From Limisphaera sp. (GTDB lineage: Bacteria > Verrucomicrobiota > Verrucomicrobiia > Limisphaerales > Limisphaeraceae): a DNA stretch of 64,000 bases. Position 1 is the stretch's first letter, and every line of letters begins with the position of its first letter. Below, in pieces: positions 29,937 through 39,379 of the stretch. The translations under genes were made by a program, and so were the position numbers. The notes under the pieces were generated by a model, which worked only from the letters and a program-made list of their open reading frames with translations, was not told where the DNA came from and did no database searches. The stretch spans positions 194,071 to 258,070 of the forward strand of contig JANWVC010000005.1 in assembly GCA_025057755.1 (NCBI GenBank), given 5' to 3'.

Positions 29937-32297
29937 TTGCCCTGTGTGACCGGATCACTTGAGATGATTACCCCACGCATGGTTCTTCCATCCAGATTTT
30001 CATTATTTGCCCGGGCGGGCGCAGTCCTCTTCTTAGCGCTGGGCACGAGCCTGCTGTACGAACTAGTGGGAGCGTTCGACTTTGTGAATTTTGACGATCC
30101 AGATTATGTCGCAGCGAATCCGATGGTTCAAAGCGGCGTCAACGCACGGAGCCTGCAATGGGCCTTTGGCAGCTTCCATGCGAGCAACTGGCATCCGCTT
30201 ACCTGGATCTCCCACATGTTAGACTGCCAGTGGTTCGGCTTAAACCCAGGTGCGCATCATCGGGTGAATGTGTTCTGGCACGCTTTCAACGCCGCTGTGC
30301 TGTATGGATGGCTCGGTTTCCTGACCGGCCGTTGGCTGCTTGCATGGTGGGTAGCCGCTTTTTGGGCCTGGCATCCACTCCGGGTGGAGTCTGTGGCGTG
30401 GATTGCCGAACGTAAAGACGTGCTGAGTTTGGCCTTCGGTCTGGGCTGTTTGTGGGCCTACACGATCGCGGTTCGCCACCACATCCGGGGCCGGCGGACC
30501 GCTTGGGTCGGATGGATGTCGGTCTCCTGGCTGTTCCTAGGTTTGGGGCTCATGGCCAAACCCATGCTCGTGACCTTACCATGCGTAATGTTATTGCTTG
30601 ATTTCTGGCCGCTACGACGTTGGCCCGGGATGATCGGCGTTGGCCCGGAACCAGCCTTCAGAGGGGTATCCCCGGAATCCATCCGACGGCTGTTGCTGGA
30701 AAAATTACCATTCTTCGCGTTGTCCTTGGCCAGCTCGGTCGTTACCCTTCTGGCTCAATCTCAAGCCGGCGCCACGGTTCCTTTGGAGGCATTACCACTC
30801 TCCACGCGTTTGGCGCAGGTCTGCGTTTCTTATGCCAGCTACTTGGGAAAAACGATCTGGCCTGTGCGCTTGGCGCCCTTTTATCCATACGAGCCTAAGG
30901 ACTGGAGCGACCCAGCTGTCGGAATGGGATGTGCGTTATTGGGGTTTACCACATTTGTTGTCGTGCTGACACGACGCTCTGCTCCTTGGGTTGTCACCGG
31001 TTGGTTTTGGTTCTTGGGAACGTTGGTGCCCGTGATCGGCTTGGTACAAGTTGGTCAACAGGCTATGGCCGACCGCTACACGTACCTTCCGCAGATCGGC
31101 TTGGTCTGGGCCGTGGCTTGGGCGTTGGGGCATCGTTTGCGAAATCATCCGGGGTTAAGTCTCGTCACCATGATCGGTGCGGCCCTTGCATTGATCGGAA
31201 CTGCAAGTTTGACGCGCAGCCAATTGTCCCACTGGCGCAACAGTCGGACGCTGGCGGAACATACGTTGCATGTGACTGCGCGCAACTATCTCGCTCATAC
31301 GCAATTGGCCAACGCTTTGCTGGAGGAAGGCCGCCTGGCCGAGGCCTTGCGCGAATGCGCCCGTGCGCTGGAACTGCGTCCTCACTACGCTGAGGCGCAT
31401 AATGTGCGCGCCAACATCTTGTACCGCCAGGGGGATTGGACAGCTGCCCGGCAAGCCTTCGAACAAGCTTTGGTGTGCAATCCCTCTTTGCCGGACGCAT
31501 GGCATGGACTGGCGTTAGTGTTGCTCAAACAACAGCACTGGTCCGACGCTGCCAGGGCTGCCCAACGTGCCCTCGAACTTTGGCCGTTGCACATGGGTGC
31601 TTTGTTCGCATTGGCCCAGGCTCATCACCAAGCTGGAGACTGGGAAGCTGCAGCAGCGGCGTATCGGCGCTTGTCGGAACTGAAACCTGACTCGGCCGCT
31701 GCTTTCCAGGGACTGGGTGCTGTTCTGGCCCTTCAAGGTAACTTGCCAGCGGCTTGTGAGGCTTACGAACATGCCTTGTCTCTACGTCCCCACGACCCCG
31801 AAATCCACCTGCGTCTCGGGGTGTTGCGCCTGCAACTGGGACAATCGGTGCTCGCAGAAAAACACCTGCGCTTTGTGCTACAGGAGCTGCCCGACCATGC
31901 CCTGGCTCATCTTCACATGGGACATCTAAGCTTGGGCCAGGCACAGCGCGAAGCGGCCATTGAACATTACCGCAAGGCCCTTCCGCACTGTCCCGATGAC
32001 CTCCAACTACTGAACAACCTGGCGTGGCTTCTCGCGACACATCCCAACGAGAACGTCCGCAATGGCGGTCTGGCCGTGGAGCTGGCCGAACGCGCCGTCC
32101 AATTGACCCAGGAGCGCGTTCCTTTGCTGCTCGGCACTTTGGCAGCAGCTTACGCCGAGGTCGGTCGCTTCACGGACGCTATCCAGACAGCGGAAAAGGC
32201 CGTCGCCCAGGCTATTGAATGCGGTCAAACGGATCTTGCCCGGCGCAATGAGGAACTCCTTAGGCTCTACCGATCGGGACGAGCACCCCGAGAGTGA
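29937..32297 (+). CDS. TMTC-like polytopic membrane protein (DUF1736-type) with C-terminal TPR repeats
   Basis: 786 aa. The N-terminal multi-TM region has motifs AERKDVLS and MAKPMLVTLPCVMLLLDFWPLRR. About 10 TPR repeats follow, ending in the same cap motif as the 26261..28828 product. Confidence 0.65.
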   Translation: MPCVTGSLEMITPRMVLPSRFSLFARAGAVLFLALGTSLLYELVGAFDFVNFDDPDYVAANPMVQSGVNARSLQWAFGSFHASNWHPLTWISHMLDCQWFGLNPGAHHRVNVFWHAFNAAVLYGWLGFLTGRWLLAWWVAAFWAWHPLRVESVAWIAERKDVLSLAFGLGCLWAYTIAVRHHIRGRRTAWVGWMSVSWLFLGLGLMAKPMLVTLPCVMLLLDFWPLRRWPGMIGVGPEPAFRGVSPESIRRLLLEKLPFFALSLASSVVTLLAQSQAGATVPLEALPLSTRLAQVCVSYASYLGKTIWPVRLAPFYPYEPKDWSDPAVGMGCALLGFTTFVVVLTRRSAPWVVTGWFWFLGTLVPVIGLVQVGQQAMADRYTYLPQIGLVWAVAWALGHRLRNHPGLSLVTMIGAALALIGTASLTRSQLSHWRNSRTLAEHTLHVTARNYLAHTQLANALLEEGRLAEALRECARALELRPHYAEAHNVRANILYRQGDWTAARQAFEQALVCNPSLPDAWHGLALVLLKQQHWSDAARAAQRALELWPLHMGALFALAQAHHQAGDWEAAAAAYRRLSELKPDSAAAFQGLGAVLALQGNLPAACEAYEHALSLRPHDPEIHLRLGVLRLQLGQSVLAEKHLRFVLQELPDHALAHLHMGHLSLGQAQREAAIEHYRKALPHCPDDLQLLNNLAWLLATHPNENVRNGGLAVELAERAVQLTQERVPLLLGTLAAAYAEVGRFTDAIQTAEKAVAQAIECGQTDLARRNEELLRLYRSGRAPRE

Positions 32298-32430
32298 CTT
32301 CTAGTTTGAGCTGAAAACCCACGTTCCCCGCGTCTATGTCCGGTCTTGGAAAGCTAACGCTCCGAATGGTGAGTCGTCTTCGACACCTTGCAACCCTTGC
32401 TGGAAGCCATCTGATGTCCGGCTTTGACCC

Positions 32431-33810
32431 TCAGTTGCTGTCCATGAAAAGCAAAGAGTCATCGGGTGATGCAGCCATCACTTCGCATACAATAGACTCT
32501 GGCAAAGGCGGATAATCCCGGATGACAAAGGCGTTTACCAATTGGCGCGCAGCTTCAGTGGTGCGCGCTGCATCCGGTCCATGGACTCGCCCCAACCGAT
32601 CGCCGCAGCAGACATGGGTCCCTACGCACGCCAGTTGGTCAACGCGAACGCGCGAATCCACTGAGTCTTCTATCGTACATCGACCCCCTCCCAGATCCCG
32701 CACCAGGGCGCCGATCAGGCGCGCATCACATTCGTGTATCCAACTCTCCTGCGGCGCGACCACGCCCACGACACTTGGAGCCAGGGATTCCTTTGTCAGT
32801 ACGATTTCATAGGTGCGTAGGTCCACGCCTTGTCCCTCCAACAAGCGTTGCCAAATCTGCATGGGCACCGGCGAAAGAAGAACGGCTCGCACCTGCTCGC
32901 GGGCCTGGGTCAGGGTTGGACTCCGTTCGGTCAAGCATAGCAGCCACGCCGCGGACTGGATCAACACTGTTTCCAATGGCTCCAGCCCCGGGTCATCCCC
33001 TCCTATCGAAGCACTCGATGCGCACTTGGCGAGAAAACGATGACTTTCGCGAACCTCCAGCCAATTTACCTACGGCCCGACCCAATGGTCGGTTCATGTC
33101 AGTAATCAAGGCAACCGCCCGGAGACCGCATGAACGAGCCAAAGTGCACCATGGCACTGGCCAAGGCCCGCGCTGAGGCCATTTCTTGCATGAACGCTGC
33201 GCGCTCGTGCTTCACATCTAGGACCAACGCGTCCAAATCTTCGGCCAGTTTCTTGGACAAGATGGAACTGGTGATTAACGGCAGGCTGGCCACCGTGCCG
33301 GTAGCATCTCGCAAGGCATACAGCTTCCGATCGGCGGGCACGAGTTCCTCGGTTTGTCCCACGATTGGGCATCCAATCAATTGCACTTGCGCCTGCAGTT
33401 GCGCGGTGGTTCGTCGCATTTGGTACCCGCGGATGGATTCCAATTTGTCTGGCGTTCCACCGGTAATTCCCAAGCTACGCCCGGAGATCATCGGCACACG
33501 AAACCCCAACGCAGCCAACAGCGGCACGAGCGGCAAGGACACTTTGTCCCCAACCCCTCCCGTGGAATGCTTATCCACCACCGGACGCCCGTCCGCCGGC
33601 CAAGCGAACCGTTGTCCTGAGTCCCTCATGGCCAGAGTCAACGCCCGCGTTTCTTCCGGCTCCATGCCACGGAGATAAATAGCCATGAGCAAGGCGGCAA
33701 TCTGATAGTCGGGGATGGTTCCGCGGACGACCCCTTCAATAAAGGCGCGCTAATCCGATTCGGAAAGTTTGCCACCGTCACGTTTGGTTTCAATCCACGC
33801 TAGCGCTCAT
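32431..33810 (-). pseudogene. thymidine/pyrimidine-nucleoside phosphorylase, disrupted
   Basis: The N-terminal part reads [43 protein letters not shown], with an in-frame TAG at 33752-33750. The core is ORF 33099..33692 (VDKHSTGGVGDKVSL, SGRSLGITGGTPDKLESI, LYALRDATGTVASLPLITSSILSKKLAE). ALITDMNRPLGRAVG follows in a second frame and NWLEVRES plus the C-terminal domain in a third (ORF 32431..32976). A further shift is likely after the ATG at 33810. Confidence 0.8.
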
Positions 33811-33863
33811 GCACCTTTCGGGCACGCCCGGTTTGTCCACCCAACGGCGTCCTCAAGGAGCAC

Positions 33864-35123
33864 TCATTCCTCGAACCGCTTGGCCGCGATGCTCGCGTTG
33901 TGCCCGCCGAAGCCGAAGGAATTATTAATGAAGGCCCGGATTTTCAATTCTCGAGCTGTATTCGGCACGTAATCCAAGTCACATTCAGGATCCGGGTATT
34001 CGTAATTGATCGTCGGGGGGACCACTCCGTGCCAAAGGGCCAAAACCGAGGCTGCCATTTCCACGGCTCCTGCTGCGCCCAACATGTGTCCCACGGCTCC
34101 CTTAATCGAACTCACGGCAAGCCGACGCGCATGGTCGCCGAAGACCACCTTGATCGCCTGCGTTTCTGCCACGTCGCCTGCCGGAGTAGAGGTGCCATGG
34201 GCATTAATGTACGTAACGTCCTCGGGATTGAGCCGCCCGGTGCGCAATGCCATGCGCATACACCGGGCTGCTCCTTCACCGCCGGGGGACGGCGCCGTGA
34301 CATGATGGGCATCAGCTGTGTTGCCGTATCCCACGATTTCGCAGTAAATACGCGCCCCCCGTCGTTTGGCGTGTTCGAGCTCTTCCAACACAAGAACGCC
34401 TGCCCCTTCCCCCATGACAAAACCGTCCCGTTCTCTGTCGAAAGGTCTTGAGGCACGCTGCGGATCCTCATTGCGTGTGCTCATAGCCCGCATCGCGCAG
34501 AACCCACCAATACCGATTGGCACGATGGTTGCTTCCGCGCCGCCTGCAAACATCATCACGGCGTCTCCTGCCTTAATGGTGCGCCAAGCTTCGCCAATGG
34601 CATGGTTGGCCGTAGCGCAAGCTGAGCACGTGGCATAATTGGGGCCTTTGAGCCCGTAGTACATGGAGAACATTCCCGAGGCCATGTTGCTGATGAGCAT
34701 CGGGATCATGAAAGCGGACAGCCGATTTGGGCCGCGTTCCAGCAAGACTTGATGCTGTTGGGTGGTGGTCTCCAATCCGCCGATGCCGGATCCAATAATC
34801 ACGCCGATCTGCTCTCGGTCAAGCCGGTCCAGGTCTGCCCCGGAATCTTTTAGAGCGGCCCATGCCGCATAAATTCCAAATTGCGCAAACCGATCCGTCC
34901 GGCGCAATTCCTTGCCCGAGGGAAACGCAGGGCTGGGGTCAAAGTCGTGTACTTCTGCCGCAATTTGCGTGGCAAACGGGGTAGGATCAAAACGCGTAAT
35001 ACGCCGGATAGCGCAGCGCCCAGCGATCAGGTTGCTCCAAAAAGTATCTAACGTTGAGCCCAGCGGGGTGACCACACCCATACCTGTGACCACCACCCGC
35101 CGTTCCGAGGAAGATGCTCCCAT
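33864..35123 (-). CDS. fabF: beta-ketoacyl-ACP synthase II
   Basis: 419 aa with the active-site Cys region (ATCSACATANHAIGEA), His motifs (HGTSTPAGD, GHMLGAAG) and a typical RVVVTGMGVVTPLG N-terminus. Confidence 0.95.
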   Translation of the reverse strand: MGASSSERRVVVTGMGVVTPLGSTLDTFWSNLIAGRCAIRRITRFDPTPFATQIAAEVHDFDPSPAFPSGKELRRTDRFAQFGIYAAWAALKDSGADLDRLDREQIGVIIGSGIGGLETTTQQHQVLLERGPNRLSAFMIPMLISNMASGMFSMYYGLKGPNYATCSACATANHAIGEAWRTIKAGDAVMMFAGGAEATIVPIGIGGFCAMRAMSTRNEDPQRASRPFDRERDGFVMGEGAGVLVLEELEHAKRRGARIYCEIVGYGNTADAHHVTAPSPGGEGAARCMRMALRTGRLNPEDVTYINAHGTSTPAGDVAETQAIKVVFGDHARRLAVSSIKGAVGHMLGAAGAVEMAASVLALWHGVVPPTINYEYPDPECDLDYVPNTARELKIRAFINNSFGFGGHNASIAAKRFEE

Positions 35124-35170
35124 AAAGAATCAAGGGGCAGTGCTTTCGGCATTCGCGCCGCCCTGCCCCT
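35124..35170 (-). terminator. hairpin plus T-rich tract between acpP and fabF (possible partial terminator or attenuator)
   Basis: An 8-bp stem pairs AGGGGCAG (35133-35140) with CTGCCCCT (35163-35170) around a 22-nt loop. On the reverse strand it is followed by TTGATTCTTT. Confidence 0.4.
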
Positions 35171-35188
35171 CAGAACCTTCCTTGGCTG

Positions 35189-35434
35189 TTACTTTTCTTC
35201 CAACTCTTCGATGTATTTGATGACATCGCCGACCGTCTGCAGCTTTTCAGCCTGCTCGTCGGGAATGTCATGTCCGAATTCTTCTTCCAGGGCCATAATT
35301 AATTCGACTGCGTCGAGCGAGTCGGCCCCCAGATCATCAATGAGCCGTGCTTCCGGCGTCACTTGATCCGGATTTACGTCCAACTGCTCGGCAATAATCT
35401 TTCGGACTCGCTGTTCGATGCTGTTTTCAGCCAT
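35189..35434 (-). CDS. acpP: acyl carrier protein
   Basis: The ORF is 35189..35557. I place the start at ATG 35434 ([18 protein letters not shown]...). The phosphopantetheine attachment motif [21 protein letters not shown] is present. The product is 81 aa. Confidence 0.95.
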   Translation of the reverse strand: MAENSIEQRVRKIIAEQLDVNPDQVTPEARLIDDLGADSLDAVELIMALEEEFGHDIPDEQAEKLQTVGDVIKYIEELEEK

Positions 35435-35537
35435 GGGACTCTCCAATTGCTCAGTCTTACAGTTCCTTGTGTGTCTATGGAACCAACGTAAGGGCGTCAA
35501 GCCCTGAAAAAGCATCCCCCGACAAGGATTGAGGCGA

Positions 35538-36281
35538 TTACATGGACAATCCTCCATCCACGGTCAATACCTGACCCGTGATGTAACGCGATTCCGGTAA
35601 GGCCAGAAACCACACCGCATGAGCCACATCCTCCGGCTTGCCGAAGCTGCCTACTGGGATCCGTGCCAGGACGGCCTGCCGCTGCTCCTCCTTGAGCACC
35701 GCAGTCATGTCGGTTTCGACAAAGCCGGGCGCAACAGCGTTCACTGTGATTCCTCGCGAAGCAAATTCCCGTGCGCAGGACTTGGTAAATCCGATTAACC
35801 CCGCCTTGCTGGCTGCGTAGTTGGCCTGACCAACATTGCCGGTGAACCCGATTACAGACGTGATGTTGATGATCCGGCCATTTCGCTGCTTCAACATGGG
35901 GCGCAGCAAGGCGCGAGTGAAAAGAAACGCACCCTTGAGATTGGTGGCCAAGACGGCATCCCAATCTTCATCGGTCATACGCATGAGCAACATGTCCCGC
36001 GTGATACCCGCATTGTTGACCAGGATATCCACACGGCCGGTCTGCCCCAAAATGCGTGCGGCGGCGTTTTCCACACTTGCCGTCTGGGTCACGTCGGCGG
36101 CGAGCGCCCAAGCACGACGCCCCATGGCACGGATGGCCTCCACCGTTGAGGCACAAGCTTCCTCGGACCGAGCCACCACCGCCACATCAGCACCGGCGTG
36201 CGCCAGGCGCAAGGCCACTGCACGTCCAATACCGCGGCTGCCGCCAGTGACTACGGCCACTTGTTGCTCGAGTTCTTTCAT
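35538..36281 (-). CDS. fabG: 3-oxoacyl-ACP reductase
   Basis: The ORF is 35538..36410. I place the start at ATG 36281 ([23 protein letters not shown]). It has the SDR catalytic [14 protein letters not shown] motif and sits in fabG-acpP-fabF order. Confidence 0.93.
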   Translation of the reverse strand: MKELEQQVAVVTGGSRGIGRAVALRLAHAGADVAVVARSEEACASTVEAIRAMGRRAWALAADVTQTASVENAAARILGQTGRVDILVNNAGITRDMLLMRMTDEDWDAVLATNLKGAFLFTRALLRPMLKQRNGRIINITSVIGFTGNVGQANYAASKAGLIGFTKSCAREFASRGITVNAVAPGFVETDMTAVLKEEQRQAVLARIPVGSFGKPEDVAHAVWFLALPESRYITGQVLTVDGGLSM

Positions 36282-36492
36282 TCCGGCCGGATTCTTAACC
36301 CAGCGCCCGGTTGAGATAAACTCCAAAAAATGCAGCGTCTTGGGTCGTCTGTCCTTGAGAGCGAACCGGGCACTTCGAGAAGCACCGCGTTTTCGTTCGT
36401 TGCTCGACACGGCTCGATCATTGCAGGTCCGATCGCTTGGCCCTCAAAAGCCTTCCAAGGAGTTGGCATCTCGGAAATCGGAGGGATCGCCT

Positions 36493-37155
36493 TCACCCAT
36501 GCGAGAACCAGCTGTTCAACTCGCCCACGGTTATTTCATCCAAGCGGTGCACCACGCGCTTGCATCCTTGCAAATGGTCGGGTGGATGAGTCCCCGCAAC
36601 CCCCACGACAGGCATGCCGGCGCGGCGAGCAGCTTCCACACCTACGGGCGCATCCTCAAATACGACGCATCGTTCAGGCGGCATGCCGAGGCGCTGGGCG
36701 GCAAGCAAGAAGACCTCCGGATCCGGTTTGCCCTTTCGCACGTCGTCGCCCGTAACTAATGCTTGGAACATCCCCCGTAAGCCCAAACTGTCGATCACGC
36801 AATCAATGTTGGCTCGGGGAGTGGAAGATCCCACCGCCCGAGGAATGCCACCAACACGAAGGCATTCGAGAAACTCGGCGGCTCCCGGCAGCAAGCGCAA
36901 CGGAAACCGGCGAACCTCCGCTCGAAACAGTTCCTCCTTCCGATCACCCAGCCGCTTGAGTTCCAAGGGATCGTCCGTCCATCGCAGCAACTCTCGCAAA
37001 ATTCTTTCGTTCTTCATGCCAAACGATTGCTGAAAAAAACCGGGAAAGAGGCTTCGCCCAACCTCTGCGGCCAGTTGCTCCCAAGAGCGTTCATGCGCCC
37101 GAGACGAGTCCACAAGGACTCCGTCCCAGTCAAAAATGGCTGCCCAATGCGACAT
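36493..37155 (-). CDS. HAD-superfamily hydrolase (beta-phosphoglucomutase-like subfamily)
   Basis: The ORF is 36493..37287. I place the start at ATG 37155 (MSHWAAIFDWDGVLVDS), which carries HAD motif I DxDG. The later motifs GSSTPR and KGKPDPEVF...FEDAPVGVEAA are present. Confidence 0.8.
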   Translation of the reverse strand: MSHWAAIFDWDGVLVDSSRAHERSWEQLAAEVGRSLFPGFFQQSFGMKNERILRELLRWTDDPLELKRLGDRKEELFRAEVRRFPLRLLPGAAEFLECLRVGGIPRAVGSSTPRANIDCVIDSLGLRGMFQALVTGDDVRKGKPDPEVFLLAAQRLGMPPERCVVFEDAPVGVEAARRAGMPVVGVAGTHPPDHLQGCKRVVHRLDEITVGELNSWFSHG

Positions 37156-37329
37156 GGGGCCTTTCCATAAAGGTTCGAGGGGCCTAATGCAAGACCCCAA
37201 CACTTTCCACCCATCCATGGATGAACAACTTCCCTGCTGCGTCCAGTTGTGATGAGGACTGTGGTTCTTTCTGATGACTTGTGCCAAACTTGCACATGGC
37301 AGGCTAAGCCCTCCCTCCGGCGGGTCCTT

Positions 37330-39379
37330 GAAGCCCGTGACACATGTTGCTCAGACATTTCCGCGGGCAAGTCCGCCAAGGCAGACGATTCCCTGTCCTT
37401 TCTTGTGCTTGAAGTGGATCTGCGCGAATCCGGTAAGTACATCAGCACGATCTCGTAGGGGGTGTTTTCTAAGGATCTCAACTATATGGCTGACGGAGGC
37501 CTTTACGCTGAGTTGGGCCAGAACCGATCCTTTGAATACCAGTCCACTGCCAAACCAACTGGAACGCATGAACCAGTTGGGAAGTCCGTCGGCGCGGAGC
37601 TCCGGAAGGCTCCGTCTTTGTAGCCGACGCGTTTTCCGTTCATCGTAATAATCCACAGTATGTGGTTATGGAGGTCCGTCAGCTGGCCAACGTCTTCGGC
37701 TTGCGCAACGAGGGCTTTGACGCCATTGCGGTGCAAGCAGGCCGCGCGTATCATTTCTCCTTGCATGGCCGCCACCTCTTCACGGGCAACTGACGGGGCA
37801 ACAGTGGAGTTCTCAAAGAGGCTTCGTGTTTCCCAGTACGCCTAGAGCGGCCCGATGGCACTGCACTGACTTCTGCTGAAGTGTGGGTCCGCGGAAGGCA
37901 TTGGCATCGGGCGACGGCGTCCCCGATGCGTCACATACAAAGGCTCTTGCTTCCTTAGTGCTGCTGTCTCGCATTTGTGGCGGTGTTGCACTGAACGAGA
38001 TTACCCTATTCCCGCAAGATACGTTTAAAGGTCACCCCACGGGATAGCGAGCAGACCTGACGCAGGTCCTTGCAGATCTCAAGCCTCGTTTCATTCGATT
38101 TCCCGGTGGTTGCTTGGTCTACGGCTCCGATCTGAACAACATGTATCGTTGGAATACCACGGTCGGCCCCGTTGAATGTCGTCGTGCTCAGCCTGATCTG
38201 CGGGAATACTATCAAATCGTGGGCTCGCGTTACTTTGAACACTTCAACTTTGCGAGGATATTGGGTCGATACCCATTCCGGTTGTGCCGGCCGGTGTGTG
38301 CTATCAGACTGCCGACTCCCAGGGCGGCACTGGTCAATGCGGCCTTGCGCTGGTGGAAATACCCGCTTAGATTCGCAAGACCCGGATTTCATTGAGTGGG
38401 CCAACGGTCCAGCAAATTCAAATGGGGTGCCCTTCGCGCTGCCGCAGGTCGTCGAGATCCTTTCAATCTCCGTTACTTAGGCGTCGGTAATAAGGAGCCT
38501 ATTACTCCCGTCTTCAAGGAGCGGTTTCCTGTGACTTAGAAGGCCGTGCGCTGGGAGCCTCCACAGATTATGATCCTTGGTACAGTAGGTCCCTTCCACA
38601 GCGGTTTGGATTACAAGGAAGGATGGCAATTTGCGAATCAACTTCGAATTCCTATCGTGGATGAACATTACAATGAACCGCCTTGCTGGTTTTGCGCCAG
38701 GCTCAGCCGCTATGAGAGATACCATTGTCAGCGTTCCAAAGTCTATGTAGGCGAGTATGCGGCTCACGACACGGGGCGTGGACCCACGCTTCGATCCACG
38801 CTGGCTGAAGCAGCGCCTTTGACGAGTTTGGAACGCAAAGGTGACGTAGTCCCGACGGCCTCCTAAGCACCCTGACCGCCATCGTACGCAGCGGAATCCC
38901 AATTTGATATACTTTGCTAAAACTATCGTGGTTCGCACGATCAATTACTATCTTCAAGAATTGGTTAGTCATTACAGTGGGCACGTTTATCTCGCAGGGT
39001 CCGGGGAGCCGCTTTCCTTACCGGCAGCCAGTGGTCTTCAACCTGCTGACCGGCTCATCTCGGCACTTGGAACACGCAGGCTGAATGTGATCATGTACAG
39101 CCTGAACCGGAGGGCGTTGCAATCGTGGCGGATTCGTTCATCTTCTCTAATGTTTATTGGCAGCCGCTCTTCCGTCAGTGGCAATGGGCCAGGGTCTGCT
39201 TCGTCAAATCAGTGATCTAATGCCTGCGATCTGCAAACCCGAGGTGCCGGCGGTTTCCGCTCGACATACGTTCGAGGTCCGTGCGCGGAAAGGGGCGGCG
39301 CGGAAGGCTTCCTCATCGGGACAGGCCGACCAGATCAGCGGTGTTTTTGTTGGTGGAATCTCGGAGGCTGGAACAATAG
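37330..39379 (+). pseudogene. GH51-type alpha-L-arabinofuranosidase (long form with N-terminal beta-sandwich domain), heavily decayed
   Basis: Collinear family-like segments are scattered over all + frames. In order they are LEVDLRESGKYISTIS*GVFSKDLNYMADGGLYAELGQNRSFEY (TAG at 37456-37458), LRNEGFDAIAVQAGRAYHFSL and ITLFPQDTFKGHPTG*RADLTQVLADLKPRFIRFPGGCLVYGSDLNNMYRWNTTVGPVE (TAG at 38045-38047). Then come IEWANGP, DPFNLRYLGVGNKEPITPVFKERF, ILGTVGPFHSGLDYKEGWQFANQLRIPIVDEHYNEPPCWF, KVYVGEYAAH...TLRSTLAEAAPLTSLERKGDVV and MIYFAKTIVVRTINYYLQELVSHYSG. There are many frameshifts. Boundaries are approximate. Confidence 0.8.

Noticed and set aside
35836-36759. 307-aa plus-strand ORF spanning fabG and the HAD gene.
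   Set aside because: It is antisense to two genes with clear catalytic motifs. Its composition is Arg/Ala/Ser/Pro-rich and not protein-like.
37351-37775. Minus-strand ORFs (37503..37775 and 37351..37656) that looked like fragments of a LamG/DUF1080-type lectin domain (HILWIITMNGKRVGYKDG...).
   Set aside because: The plus strand over the same bases reads VDLRESGKYISTIS*GVFSKDLNYMADGGLYAELGQNRSFEY and LRNEGFDAIAVQAGRAYHFSL. These are collinear with the N-terminal domain of long-form GH51 enzymes and continue into the catalytic domain. The minus-strand ORFs are antisense shadows.
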